20,000 nucleotides of DNA, from the IMG/VR virus record IMGVR_UViG_3300042396_000075, one strand, 5' to 3'. The notes beneath the pieces were generated by a model. The model worked only from the letters and a program-made list of their open reading frames with translations, was not told where the DNA came from and did not search any database. The position numbers were made by a program, and so were the translations under genes. Shown here piece by piece: positions 9,034 to 18,496 of the stretch. Source of the stretch: an uncultured virus (IMG/VR IMGVR_UViG_3300042396_000075). Its lineage: Duplodnaviria > Heunggongvirae > Uroviricota > Caudoviricetes. Positions within the stretch are counted from its first letter, which is position 1, and each line of letters starts with the position of its first letter.

Positions 9034-10647
9034 ATGGCAAACAATCTTGTTGAACGCTTCCGAATGTTAGATGCAATGCGAACATCTAAACTATACCGTG
9101 CTCGGCTATGTGCCGCACTAACTGTTCCAAGTCTTCTCCCACCTTCGGGTTGGACGGAAGAGATGGAACTACCACAGCCCACATCATCTGTTGGTGCGAG
9201 AGGTGTGACTTCATTGGCTAGCCGAATGCTATCAGCAATGATGCCATTGAATGACACACCCTTTTTTAAATTTGGTCTTCGGTCTGGTGTAGAACCAACC
9301 GCAGAAATTGGACAGTATCTTGAGACTATGAGTTATCAAGTCTATCGCAAACTTATTGGTACTAACCTAAGAGAAACAATCTTTCAAACAATACAAAATT
9401 TAATTGTAGTTGGAGATTGTTTAGTACATGAGATGGATGACTTTAAGTTTAGAGTTACTCGTCTAGATAACTATGCTGTACAGCGTACTGTTGCTGGAGA
9501 TGTCAATGAAATTATTCATATTGAATATGATCTTGTAGATCCAGAAGCAATTAGTCCTCACTTCTCTTTACCCGAATCCGCTAAGAGAGGTTACAAAAAA
9601 ACATATTGTCAATATCTCAAGGAGGACAATCTATGGAAGTACACAAAGGAAGACGGCGATGGGAACCTACTGACAAGCGGTGTCTACGAAGTATGTCCTG
9701 TGACGGTACTACGGTGGTACGGCATACCCGGAGAAAACTACGGGAGATCGCACTGCGAAGATATCCTAGGCGACCTATCAAGTCTTGATGGTTATACTAA
9801 AGCATTGCTTGATGGCATGGCAGCAGCCTCAGCCTTCTGGATGGGCATTGATCCATCTGGTATTACTGAGGTAGACGATGTTGCTGATGCACCCAATGGC
9901 TCATGGATTCCCGTGAGACAAGCAGATGTATTTGTACTGTCACCATCACAGACAATGAACCCACAGATTTCAGCCGCTCAGACCGCTGTTGAAACTATGC
10001 GTAGAGAAATTGGTCAGGCATTCTTAATGTCTGCCTCCTCACTACCAAGTGGTGACCGCGTAACTGCTACCGCTGTTCGTATGATTGGTTCTGAACTTGA
10101 GACAGTCTTAGGTGGAGCATTCAGTGCTATCGCTAGAGATCTCATGGAACCAATTGTCAAGCGATCTGTATTTTTAATGATTGAAAACGAAGAACTTGAT
10201 ACAAGAATGTATGAACAGTTCTTTGATGATGAAGGTGTATTATCTATTGAAGTAATTACTGGTCTTCAAGCCCTAAGTCGTGACACTGATTTGCAAAAGC
10301 TTATGCAGATGGGCGAGATGGTTCGCAATCTACCTGAGCAAGCAGCCGCTGCATTTAAATGGGAAGAGTATGCTAGAGCGTTGATTACTTCTCTTGGCTT
10401 TGATGCCCGTAATTGGGTACGCTCAGCTGAAGATATTCAGCAAGAGCAAATGATGATGCAACAACAACAGGCTCAGCAGCAGATGGCTCAGGCTTCCACA
10501 CAGGCAACTGCTGGAGCAATGGGTAACATCATGGCACAGGCAGGACAACAAGATCTCGCACAGAATGGTGGACAAGGTATCATGAATGTTCTTCAGAACT
10601 CTGGTGCTGACATGTCTGCATTTACAGGAGGACAACCTAATGGCTAA
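9034..10647 (+). CDS. Portal / head-to-tail connector (T7 gp8-like)
   Basis: SVGARGVTSLASRML..P...PFF, RW..IPGENYGR, RVTAT.VR....ELE..LGG motifs; 537 aa; Gln-rich C-terminus. Confidence 0.96.
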   Translation: MANNLVERFRMLDAMRTSKLYRARLCAALTVPSLLPPSGWTEEMELPQPTSSVGARGVTSLASRMLSAMMPLNDTPFFKFGLRSGVEPTAEIGQYLETMSYQVYRKLIGTNLRETIFQTIQNLIVVGDCLVHEMDDFKFRVTRLDNYAVQRTVAGDVNEIIHIEYDLVDPEAISPHFSLPESAKRGYKKTYCQYLKEDNLWKYTKEDGDGNLLTSGVYEVCPVTVLRWYGIPGENYGRSHCEDILGDLSSLDGYTKALLDGMAAASAFWMGIDPSGITEVDDVADAPNGSWIPVRQADVFVLSPSQTMNPQISAAQTAVETMRREIGQAFLMSASSLPSGDRVTATAVRMIGSELETVLGGAFSAIARDLMEPIVKRSVFLMIENEELDTRMYEQFFDDEGVLSIEVITGLQALSRDTDLQKLMQMGEMVRNLPEQAAAAFKWEEYARALITSLGFDARNWVRSAEDIQQEQMMMQQQQAQQQMAQASTQATAGAMGNIMAQAGQQDLAQNGGQGIMNVLQNSGADMSAFTGGQPNG

Positions 10648-10936
10648 GAAAGTTAATAAAGCTAGCATGTCTTGTAACAAACCCACTAAGTCTCCTAACC
10701 CGAATAAGAAACGGGTAGTAAAGGCTTGTGCTAATGGACAAGAAAAGATCATTCATTATGGGGCAGCAGGTTATGGTAACAACTATAGTCCTGAAGCTCG
10801 TAAGTCTTTCAAGGCTAGACATAAGTGTGATTCCGCAAGTAATAAACTCACTGCTAAATACTGGGCATGCAAAGACCTATGGGGTGGACCCGGTAAGTCT
10901 AAGACATCATGTCCTAAAAATAGAAAATGTAAGTAA
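10640..10936 (+). CDS. Small basic Cys-containing protein (98 aa)
   Basis: AGGAGG at 10626-10631 supports ATG 10640 rather than 10586; KIIHYGAAGY...ARKSFKARHKC...TAKYWAC..LW resembles an uncharacterised family seen in aquatic viruses. Confidence 0.75.
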   Translation: MAKKVNKASMSCNKPTKSPNPNKKRVVKACANGQEKIIHYGAAGYGNNYSPEARKSFKARHKCDSASNKLTAKYWACKDLWGGPGKSKTSCPKNRKCK

Positions 10937-12276
10937 TGAGTTCAAGTAAAGCCTTACAACAGCAGCAATTATTAAATAAAAAACTACAAACTCTGTTGTC
11001 TTCTTCTTTAAAAAAAACAACTGAACTTACAGTTGCTTTAGAAACTAAAGTTCAAACTACAAAGTTTGAAGCAATGTTAGAAGAAAAAGCAGAGGTAACA
11101 CATACACACACATTATCCAATTTAACGCAAAGTGGAGCTACTTTAAATCAAGTACCCCAATGGAATGGAAGCGCATGGGCAGCAGCAAGCGTGGCTGGTG
11201 GGGGCGGTGTTGCATTAGGTGATACCAATACATGGACTGCACTCAACACTTTCTCTGCTACAACCGCATCGACATCATCTGCTACAGGTGCAGTCATTGT
11301 TGCGGGTGGTGTGGGTGTTGCTAAAGACTCCTATATCAACGGACACAAGATTGGTCGTGGTGCGGGAGACTTCGATACCAATATTGCAATCGGTCGGCTT
11401 GCGCTTGGCAACAACACGGGAACATCTGTTACTGCTATTGGTGTTCAAGCGGCAGATGTAAACACGGGTAGCACAGTATTAGCGTTTGGGTATCAAGCGG
11501 CGTACCAAAATAAATCCAATAATCTAGTTTCCATTGGTCCCGGTTCAGGAGTTTCTAACACAGGCGTAAACAATGTTTTTGTAGGTGGCAATGCAGGAAC
11601 TTCCAACAACGCCGCAAACTGCATTGCAATTGGTTTTAATGCTGGTGCAAGCAATCTTGGTGGTGGTCTTACGGCTATCGGCTCTGCGGCAGGTGCTGCA
11701 AATAAGGTAGGCGGTCAATTCTTAGTTGCTATTGGAGCAAGTGCAGGATATGGCAATAATGGATACGGATGTACCGCAATCGGATATGTGGCACTAAGTG
11801 CTAGTTGTTCAGGACACCGAAATACTGTAATCGGTAGTAACGCTATGGATGCTGCCACAACAGCAACTAACAATACTGCTGTGGGCGCACACTCGCTTGG
11901 TGCAGTAACAACAGGCGCGGGTAATACGGCATTGGGTGGCTACGCTTGTGACTTGCTTACTACAGGCAGCAACAATGTAGTCATTGGATTTGAATCCGAT
12001 GTTGCCGCTGTCGGTGACACTAACTCAATCGTCATCGGCAAGGGCGCAGTTGGGCTTGGAACTAACACAACTGTCATCGGCGTAACTGCAACAACATCCA
12101 CCAAACTGTTTGGCTCGTTGCTGATTACAGGTGACACCGTATCAGTTGCCACTCAGAAGACCCCAGCCTCTGCTACAGCAACAGGCACCAAGGGGGACAT
12201 CGTTCACGACACCAACTACATCTATGTCTGCACGGCTACCAACACTTGGAAGCGTGTAGCAATCTCTACTTGGTAA
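10936..12276 (+). CDS. Fibre/adhesin-like protein with ~14-aa Gly/Asn beta-helix-type repeats
   Basis: N-terminal coiled coil, THTH and VPQWNGSAW fibre motifs, many N.AIG..A type repeats, C-terminal TPASATATGTKGDIVHDTNYIYVCTATNTWKR module. Confidence 0.75.
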   Translation: MSSSKALQQQQLLNKKLQTLLSSSLKKTTELTVALETKVQTTKFEAMLEEKAEVTHTHTLSNLTQSGATLNQVPQWNGSAWAAASVAGGGGVALGDTNTWTALNTFSATTASTSSATGAVIVAGGVGVAKDSYINGHKIGRGAGDFDTNIAIGRLALGNNTGTSVTAIGVQAADVNTGSTVLAFGYQAAYQNKSNNLVSIGPGSGVSNTGVNNVFVGGNAGTSNNAANCIAIGFNAGASNLGGGLTAIGSAAGAANKVGGQFLVAIGASAGYGNNGYGCTAIGYVALSASCSGHRNTVIGSNAMDAATTATNNTAVGAHSLGAVTTGAGNTALGGYACDLLTTGSNNVVIGFESDVAAVGDTNSIVIGKGAVGLGTNTTVIGVTATTSTKLFGSLLITGDTVSVATQKTPASATATGTKGDIVHDTNYIYVCTATNTWKRVAISTW

Positions 12277-12279
12277 AAC

Positions 12280-12381
12280 ATGGCAAAAAAAACATACAAA
12301 TGTAACTGTGGTAAGACTACCACATGCACGGGCAAAGACGCTACAAAGATAGTGTACCCAAAGAAAGATAAAAAACAATGA
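12280..12381 (+). CDS. 33-aa Lys/Cys-rich peptide (not in ORF track)
   Basis: MAKKTYKCNCGKTTTCTGKDATKIVYPKKDKKQ; starts 3 nt after upstream stop and ends in ATGA overlap with next gene, exactly filling the gap. Confidence 0.65.
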   Translation: MAKKTYKCNCGKTTTCTGKDATKIVYPKKDKKQ

Positions 12382-12899
12382 TTCATACACACACAATGTC
12401 ACAGTTAAAGACTGTGCAAGAGCCGCTGATTCTTCTTGCGCCAACAGCAAATATACCTAACAATACTACAACTATTCCTAATAACCTGCCTACTACTACG
12501 GCACCAACAAATAGCAATAGTGTTGTAGTAGCTGCTTCAACTTTAAATTACATTAAAATTATTCCATTAACAACAGCAGCAACTGCACAAACTATTCGGG
12601 TAACTGGTTGGAATAAATCAATTGTTGGTGCTACTACATGGTATGTACCACAGTTATTATTCTATGGTTCAATAGCAGCTTTAGGTGCGTCTTCAGTCAC
12701 CATTAACACTGTTGCTTTATTCCCAGCAGCCACTATTAACAAAACACAAGGTGATGCTAAAATTTATAATGCAACATCAGTTAGTTCAACAGCTTTTATC
12801 CTTGTTGATACCTTAGGTTGTGAGCAAATTGAAATTGAATATTTTGCTACAGGTAGTGGTTCAGCAACAGGTGGTAATGCTTTCTATGGAGCAATGTAA
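12378..12899 (+). CDS. Hypothetical beta-rich virion protein, candidate head-fibre base/adaptor
   Basis: 173 aa, Thr/Ala-rich, beta-strand-like pattern, TAATG-coupled to the large fibre gene. Function is inference from position. Confidence 0.6.
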   Translation: MIHTHTMSQLKTVQEPLILLAPTANIPNNTTTIPNNLPTTTAPTNSNSVVVAASTLNYIKIIPLTTAATAQTIRVTGWNKSIVGATTWYVPQLLFYGSIAALGASSVTINTVALFPAATINKTQGDAKIYNATSVSSTAFILVDTLGCEQIEIEYFATGSGSATGGNAFYGAM

Positions 12900-15800
12900 T
12901 GCATCGTAATCGAACATGGACTTTAGATCCTCCTGAATGGAGGACACAACGGAATCGTTTGCTTCCTATAGAAGGAGGAGATGGTTCTACATTGAATTTA
13001 GATTTTACTACGGGTATACTTGATCCACGATTAATATTTAATAGACTGGGTACTGCAACCTTTGTAAATTCACAAGGGTATGTGGCATATGCAAATACTA
13101 ATTTAGTTGTCAATAGCGCGTTAGTTGGACCATCTTCACCGACAAATTGGACAAGTAGTGGATCTTGGGATGCAAGTACTCCTTCTCCGGGTGTAAGACG
13201 AGTTACTACAGGTGCTACAGCACTACAAAAATTCACTAGTTGTGCAGTAAACATTACTCCCGGCATTACATACTCATTTAGTGTATATGTATCTGAAGTT
13301 ACTGGACAACACTATGCAAACACAATAACACCAACTGGAACTGCCGTAGTTTCACAGTACTATCTCAATGGTAGTCCCGTTACTCCTTATATAACAGCAT
13401 CACCGGGTTTAATTACAGCAGTGTTTACAACAACTTCGGGAACTGTAAATGATATTCGTATAGGTATTGGCAGTACGGGCACCAATGTTGCTAATGCTAC
13501 TTGTGAGTTTTCACAACCTAGATGTGTTCCTGGAAATATTGCTCAGCCAACTTATTTTGCAAGTCCAATTGACAAAGCATATCACGCCCCTCGGTTTGAC
13601 TACAGCACTTCAAACATTGGGGAACCAAGGGGATTGTTGATTGAAGGGCAAGCAATAAACCTATGTAGATACTCTGCTGATCCTCAGTTGTGGGTGGGAG
13701 CAACAAACATAACAGCACCAGCTAACGGCAGTGGATTAGCTCCAGATGGTGTTTCAATTCCTAAGCAGCTGATCATGACCTCAAGTTCATATCATGCACA
13801 ACAAACTGCTAGTACACAACCAATAGGCACTTATACTTTTAGTGTTTATTTAAAAGCAGCTACTCCACAACAAGTAGGTATGCGTGTAAATAGACAAATA
13901 GATGGCACCAATAGTAATATGATTATTGCTAATGTTACAACTACTTGGCAACGGTTTTCTGTTTCTGTAACAACTAATGCTGTTGATGTTGTTGAAATAG
14001 ATCTTGATCAGCGTAATTTGGGTGCAGGAAGTTCTGTTCCGGGTCCGGGTGTTGCTGCAACCTTTCTTATGTGGGGCGCACAATTAGAACTTGGATCAAT
14101 TGCAACTGCTCATATCCCTACGGGAGCAAGTGCTGTAACAAGACCCGCAGATTTTATAACATCTGCTTCAAGTGCTGCAAACTCAAAACCAACAGAATTT
14201 AGTGTTGATGATTTTACAGCCAATGCATCTAGTAATACGGCATATACTTATTTAATACAATATGACCGCTTTGCACGAGTTGGTAATGTATACCCAGCAG
14301 CACTTTATGGTCGCACTACTGCTGGAGCAGTACGAGTAGATTTCCGTGATTTTTCTGGAACAAGTATTGAACTAGGGGCTAGTGGACTTAACTGTTTTGC
14401 TAACTACGCTCTTACAAATACTAATCTTAAAGTAGCAATTGCTCAAGATGGAAGTACATTCCCAAGTGGAGCAGTAAATGGTGTTGTTACAACAGCAACA
14501 TCAGGAACAATTGGTACTAGTTCTGGTTGTCAATGGTTGCAAATTGGTAACTCATCAGCAGTTTCTGGATCCTTTAATCCAATTAGAATACAAAAATTAC
14601 AGTGTATTCCCAGACGGCTTTCTAATTTACAGCTACAACAAATTACAGATCCTAACTATATTGCACCTACTTTAGATTTAGATTTTACAGCTATGACTAG
14701 TGGTGCAAATCTAACAGCTAAGGGAATAACCTTTAGCCGTCTTACTAGTGCAACCTTAATTAATACAGCAGGTGTTGTACAATATGCAGAGGCTAATGAA
14801 GTTAGAAACAGCACTATGCTAACTGCATCTAACTGGACTCAAGGAACTACTGGTGGCTCTCCCTCTGTAACAATTAATGGAAATAATACGGTTACCTTTG
14901 CCAGCGTTGCAGGTATAGCCACTTGGGTACAAACATTAGGGCTTAATGCAGGACTGCCTATTTCGTTTTCAATAGAAGTTACTGCATTAACTAATACAGA
15001 CATCCGCGTTAGTGATATGATGGGAGCAGGATTTGGATTTACCGGGCAGACTTATTATTACACAAATACTTCTGGTGTCACAAGTGCAATAAATTCGTTG
15101 ACTGTTGTTTCCAATGTTGGTCTTTATACAGTAACAGCCACAACTACTGGAACAGGTGGCAACAATATTATTTTTGGTACTGGTTGTAATAGTTTTAATA
15201 AAACCGGATCAATAACATTTGCTCGCCCACAGCTTCAATATGGAACCGTTGTTCCACGAACTAACTACTTTCCAAATACATCTACAACAGCTAGTTATCA
15301 AGAACCTCGATTTAATAATGCAGTTGTAACAAGCCGTGCTAATTATATTAAACAATCTAATAACTTTACTATAGCAGGAGGTACACCTTGGGCGCAAAAA
15401 AATGGTACACACTCTGTAACTCTTACAGCTGCTTATGAGTCAGCACCACCCGGATTCAGTGGTACTGCTACAAGAATTACATCAAGCAATGCTGCTGCAG
15501 GTATAACACAAGCTCTTAATGTGCCACTTATTTCTGGTAAACCAATAAGAATTTCATTTTATGTGAAATCAAATGTAGTTACTGCACAAACTTGTATACT
15601 ACAATCAAGTTCTAGTACTTCAGCTGTTGTTACAATACCAACAACATGGACAAGAATTGATGAGATAGCACCATCTGCTATAACTGAAATCACTTTAAAA
15701 GGGTTTATAGATCCACTTGATATATCTATTTATGGTATACAAGTTGAATATGTAACAAGTGGTAATGCTACTGCTTATATCCCTACAACAACCATTGGTG

Positions 15801-16957
15801 CTTTTAGCCGAACAACCAAACCCCGTGGTATATTAATAGAACAACCCACAGAAAATCTTAGTTTACACTCTGGTGTATTGTATGCTGGTAATTGGGGTGC
15901 TTCAGGAGGTATTACTAAATCACAAGATACTTTATTACCAGACCCCTCAGGTGGTAATAATGCTTGTAAAATTACTAAAGAAAGTGGATATCAGTATGTA
16001 GTTGTTAATCAAACTCCAATACCTACATTTACTATTCCTGCTAACTCAACAAAATATCTTACTGCATCTGTGTGGTTAAGAGTAGAAACTAACGGTCAAG
16101 TTCCTTCTATCGGTATTTTTGATCAAGGTGCGACAGCTTTTGGAACACGTTATCAAGCAAGAACAGATAATGATTTAGTTACTATTGCTGGTGGTGCTGG
16201 TGCAGATGCTGATATTACATTTGGATCAGTATTAGATTGGGTACGAGTAAGTGTTACTCGTGTGTTTACAAATGCCACTGCTTCTCCAGTTAGTTTTAGT
16301 AGTTTAGTTTTTTATATTTATCCTAATAGACAGAATACAAATGCCTCTACTATTTATGCATGGGGTGCTCAGGTAGAGGCAGCATCAGGAGCTACTACTT
16401 ATTTACCAACAGTTGCAAGTGCTCTAACCAGATCACTAGAAAGTTGTTATTTATTTGGTTCAAACTTTACCTCATGGTATAACACACTTAATCCTGCAGG
16501 TACTTTCTATATGGAGTTTGATCGTCCTGAAGCAAGTAGTACAACAATGGGAAATCCAGTACCAGTTGGCTTTGGAGATTATTCCCCCGGAAAACTTATA
16601 ATGGCATCTTGTGGAGAATCTAGTATTGGTACAGGTATGTTTGTTGGTATTTGGACTAATATTAATTTCTTTAGTGGTACTATAATAGGCGCAACCACAA
16701 GAAAAGAAAACAACAAAGCAGCATTTGCTTTTAATGGTCCAGCCATGAGAGGTGCTTTAAACACAACTGGTTTAAGTAATCTAATAACAGGTGCTGGTAG
16801 TATGAATACTAAAGAAGTTTTATATATTGGCAGTGATGGAACTATTACTTCTGGCACACCTGCTGGAAGCCGTGATTGGCTTAATAGTAGTGTTCAGCGT
16901 GTTGTGTTCTATCCAACCGAATTCACACCTACCCAACTAACAACAATTGTTTCCTAA
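12899..16957 (+). CDS. Large fibre protein with two tandem head-spike-fibre-like units and multiple carbohydrate-binding-like modules
   Basis: TL.LDFT...F.RL..AT..N..G.V.YA at aa 31 and 591; PRF at 13589 and 15305; PRG.LIE at 13625 and 15821; WGAQ.E...T..PT....TR at 14072 and 16361; YGIQVE...ATAYIPT at 15731. Confidence 0.8.
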   Translation: MHRNRTWTLDPPEWRTQRNRLLPIEGGDGSTLNLDFTTGILDPRLIFNRLGTATFVNSQGYVAYANTNLVVNSALVGPSSPTNWTSSGSWDASTPSPGVRRVTTGATALQKFTSCAVNITPGITYSFSVYVSEVTGQHYANTITPTGTAVVSQYYLNGSPVTPYITASPGLITAVFTTTSGTVNDIRIGIGSTGTNVANATCEFSQPRCVPGNIAQPTYFASPIDKAYHAPRFDYSTSNIGEPRGLLIEGQAINLCRYSADPQLWVGATNITAPANGSGLAPDGVSIPKQLIMTSSSYHAQQTASTQPIGTYTFSVYLKAATPQQVGMRVNRQIDGTNSNMIIANVTTTWQRFSVSVTTNAVDVVEIDLDQRNLGAGSSVPGPGVAATFLMWGAQLELGSIATAHIPTGASAVTRPADFITSASSAANSKPTEFSVDDFTANASSNTAYTYLIQYDRFARVGNVYPAALYGRTTAGAVRVDFRDFSGTSIELGASGLNCFANYALTNTNLKVAIAQDGSTFPSGAVNGVVTTATSGTIGTSSGCQWLQIGNSSAVSGSFNPIRIQKLQCIPRRLSNLQLQQITDPNYIAPTLDLDFTAMTSGANLTAKGITFSRLTSATLINTAGVVQYAEANEVRNSTMLTASNWTQGTTGGSPSVTINGNNTVTFASVAGIATWVQTLGLNAGLPISFSIEVTALTNTDIRVSDMMGAGFGFTGQTYYYTNTSGVTSAINSLTVVSNVGLYTVTATTTGTGGNNIIFGTGCNSFNKTGSITFARPQLQYGTVVPRTNYFPNTSTTASYQEPRFNNAVVTSRANYIKQSNNFTIAGGTPWAQKNGTHSVTLTAAYESAPPGFSGTATRITSSNAAAGITQALNVPLISGKPIRISFYVKSNVVTAQTCILQSSSSTSAVVTIPTTWTRIDEIAPSAITEITLKGFIDPLDISIYGIQVEYVTSGNATAYIPTTTIGAFSRTTKPRGILIEQPTENLSLHSGVLYAGNWGASGGITKSQDTLLPDPSGGNNACKITKESGYQYVVVNQTPIPTFTIPANSTKYLTASVWLRVETNGQVPSIGIFDQGATAFGTRYQARTDNDLVTIAGGAGADADITFGSVLDWVRVSVTRVFTNATASPVSFSSLVFYIYPNRQNTNASTIYAWGAQVEAASGATTYLPTVASALTRSLESCYLFGSNFTSWYNTLNPAGTFYMEFDRPEASSTTMGNPVPVGFGDYSPGKLIMASCGESSIGTGMFVGIWTNINFFSGTIIGATTRKENNKAAFAFNGPAMRGALNTTGLSNLITGAGSMNTKEVLYIGSDGTITSGTPAGSRDWLNSSVQRVVFYPTEFTPTQLTTIVS

Positions 16958-16967
16958 GAAAGATATC

Positions 16968-17279
16968 ATGGATTATCAATTACGAACAGATACTAAAGAA
17001 GAAACTGATGCCGCTCTCGTAGCTGCAGGTATTCTTGCTGAACAAGTAGACGAAGGTGTTACAACCTTAGTCCCTACTGGTTTAGTTGCTATTGATTATA
17101 TCGGCTCAATTTCAAAGTCACCAATTACAGACGAAGAAGGTGTTGTTATTACACCCGGCACAACTGACTCACGATTCCATACAAACATCCGTGTTTGTTT
17201 TGAGATGACGGAAGAACAGATTGAGTTGCTTCCTGTTGTTGATCCCGCACCAGCGATTCCCTATCGCGTATTCGCATAA
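16968..17279 (+). CDS. Small acidic protein associated with fibre gene (candidate chaperone/tip partner)
   Basis: ATG 16968 preceded by AGAAAG; MDYQLR...IDYIG.I...FHTNIR...P.IPYRVFA pattern recalled from genes following such fibre genes. Confidence 0.65.
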   Translation: MDYQLRTDTKEETDAALVAAGILAEQVDEGVTTLVPTGLVAIDYIGSISKSPITDEEGVVITPGTTDSRFHTNIRVCFEMTEEQIELLPVVDPAPAIPYRVFA

Positions 17280-17295
17280 GAAAGGAAAAAACCAA

Positions 17296-17406
17296 ATGAA
17301 GAACCCAATGAAAAAGACTGCACCAAAGAAGGCAGTCTCCCCAATGATGGCTAAGAAAGCCGCTATGGTAGCTAAGAAGAAAACACTTAAGAAGAAGCCT
17401 TATTAA
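17296..17406 (+). CDS. 36-aa Lys/Ala/Met-rich basic peptide
   Basis: MKNPMKKTAPKKAVSPMMAKKAAMVAKKKTLKKKPY with AGAAAGG at 17279-17285; the TTG start at 17221 lies inside the previous gene. Confidence 0.7.
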   Translation: MKNPMKKTAPKKAVSPMMAKKAAMVAKKKTLKKKPY

Positions 17407-17427
17407 ATTTAACGAAAGATACACAAT

Positions 17428-18357
17428 ATGAATGAAGAGACTCCCGATATGATGGAACAATCCCCTGAGACTCCAGTCATGTCTTCGGAACAATCTCTTA
17501 CATCGACTCCAGAGGATGCTCAGCTTGCTCGTGAGAAAGTAGCCTTTGATGCTTATGTAAGAAACCAAGGTATGGCTGTCCCTGAGAATTTCAAGGATGC
17601 CGGAGCTTGGTTTGAGAGTTTAAAGACTGCTCAAAAAGGATACACACAGTCACGACAAGAAGTCGCAGACCTGAAGAAGAAGTATGAAGCAACCCCGTCA
17701 ACTACTAATCCAGTTACGGGACAACCTGTGGTAGAACCTGTGAAGGAAGTAATTCCTTTGTTACCAGAGGTCTTAAAGATTCCAGAGAATAAGGTTGAAG
17801 AGGTAGCCAAGGTAGAAAACATCCCGGCATCCTCAGATGATTGGAAGCAGTGGACCATTGAGTTCACGGCTAACAATGATCTTTCGGCTGAGACATTGGA
17901 AGTCATTAAGAAGAAGACTGGTCTTCCTGATTATGTTGTTAATGAATATATGCAGGGACAGAAGGCTAAGATTGAGATGGCTTATACTAAGGCATCTGAG
18001 TTAGTTGGTGGTCGGGAAGAGTTGAGTAAACTCTTTGTCTGGGCTAGCAAAAATCTCAGTGCTGCAGAACAGGCTTCAGTCAATCAGAACCTAGCATCGG
18101 CATCTTGGGATGTAGCCCTCTATGGGCTTCAGGCTAAGTATGCTAAGACCACACAGACAAGCAAGGGTGCAGAACCCAAGCCAACCGCAAGAGGGCAGAT
18201 CCCTATTGCATCGACTCAGCAGGGTATTGTCGCTTATCAAACTAAGCGAGAGTTCTCTGCAGAGCGTAATCATCCGGGCTTTAACAACGATCCTAAGTAT
18301 CGTGCATATGTTGAGCAGCGGATGATGCGTACTAACTTTGAAAAATTACCCAAATAA
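17428..18357 (+). CDS. Capsid assembly scaffolding protein (T7 gp9-like)
   Basis: Acidic N-terminus, VPENFK, VGG.E....L..WA..NLS..E motif, C-terminal DPKYRAYVEQR; directly upstream of capsid gene. Confidence 0.9.
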   Translation: MNEETPDMMEQSPETPVMSSEQSLTSTPEDAQLAREKVAFDAYVRNQGMAVPENFKDAGAWFESLKTAQKGYTQSRQEVADLKKKYEATPSTTNPVTGQPVVEPVKEVIPLLPEVLKIPENKVEEVAKVENIPASSDDWKQWTIEFTANNDLSAETLEVIKKKTGLPDYVVNEYMQGQKAKIEMAYTKASELVGGREELSKLFVWASKNLSAAEQASVNQNLASASWDVALYGLQAKYAKTTQTSKGAEPKPTARGQIPIASTQQGIVAYQTKREFSAERNHPGFNNDPKYRAYVEQRMMRTNFEKLPK

Positions 18358-18496
18358 TCCGTAACAAGACAGCGGATCGACTGAGGTTAGCCAAAGGGTA
18401 AATCCCCCTTTATGGTAATGGATGACCCTTGGCTAAACTCACTCAACAAAAGACTCCCTTAGGAATAATCGAACGGTTGAGAACTTTTTGTCTTAC
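18357..18496 (+). ncRNA. Candidate structured cis-regulatory RNA in capsid leader
   Basis: Stems: ATCCG 18357-61/CGGAT 18373-77; TGAGGTTAGCCAAAGGGT 18382-99/ACCCTTGGCTAAACTCA 18425-41; ATCC 18402-05/GGAT 18420-23; CTCAAC 18442-47/GTTGAG 18476-81; AAGACA 18366-71/TGTCTT 18489-94. Confidence 0.65.

Noticed and set aside
10438..10560. CAG/CAA-rich repeat at portal 3' end
   Set aside because: Simply encodes the Gln-rich tail common in T7-like portals.
12971..12983. Internal strong SD GAAGGAGG followed by ATG
   Set aside because: ATG is only 2 nt away and out of frame; explained by Glu-Gly-Gly-Asp codons.
12899..16957. Diversity-generating retroelement target/template repeats
   Set aside because: Repeats are diverged protein-level duplications, not near-identical adenine-variant copies; no reverse transcriptase in the window.
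18381..18496. Hammerhead or other self-cleaving ribozyme, or terminator, in capsid leader
   Set aside because: CTGAGG is not the CUGANGA core and there is no suitably placed GAAA; the main hairpin lacks a U-tract.
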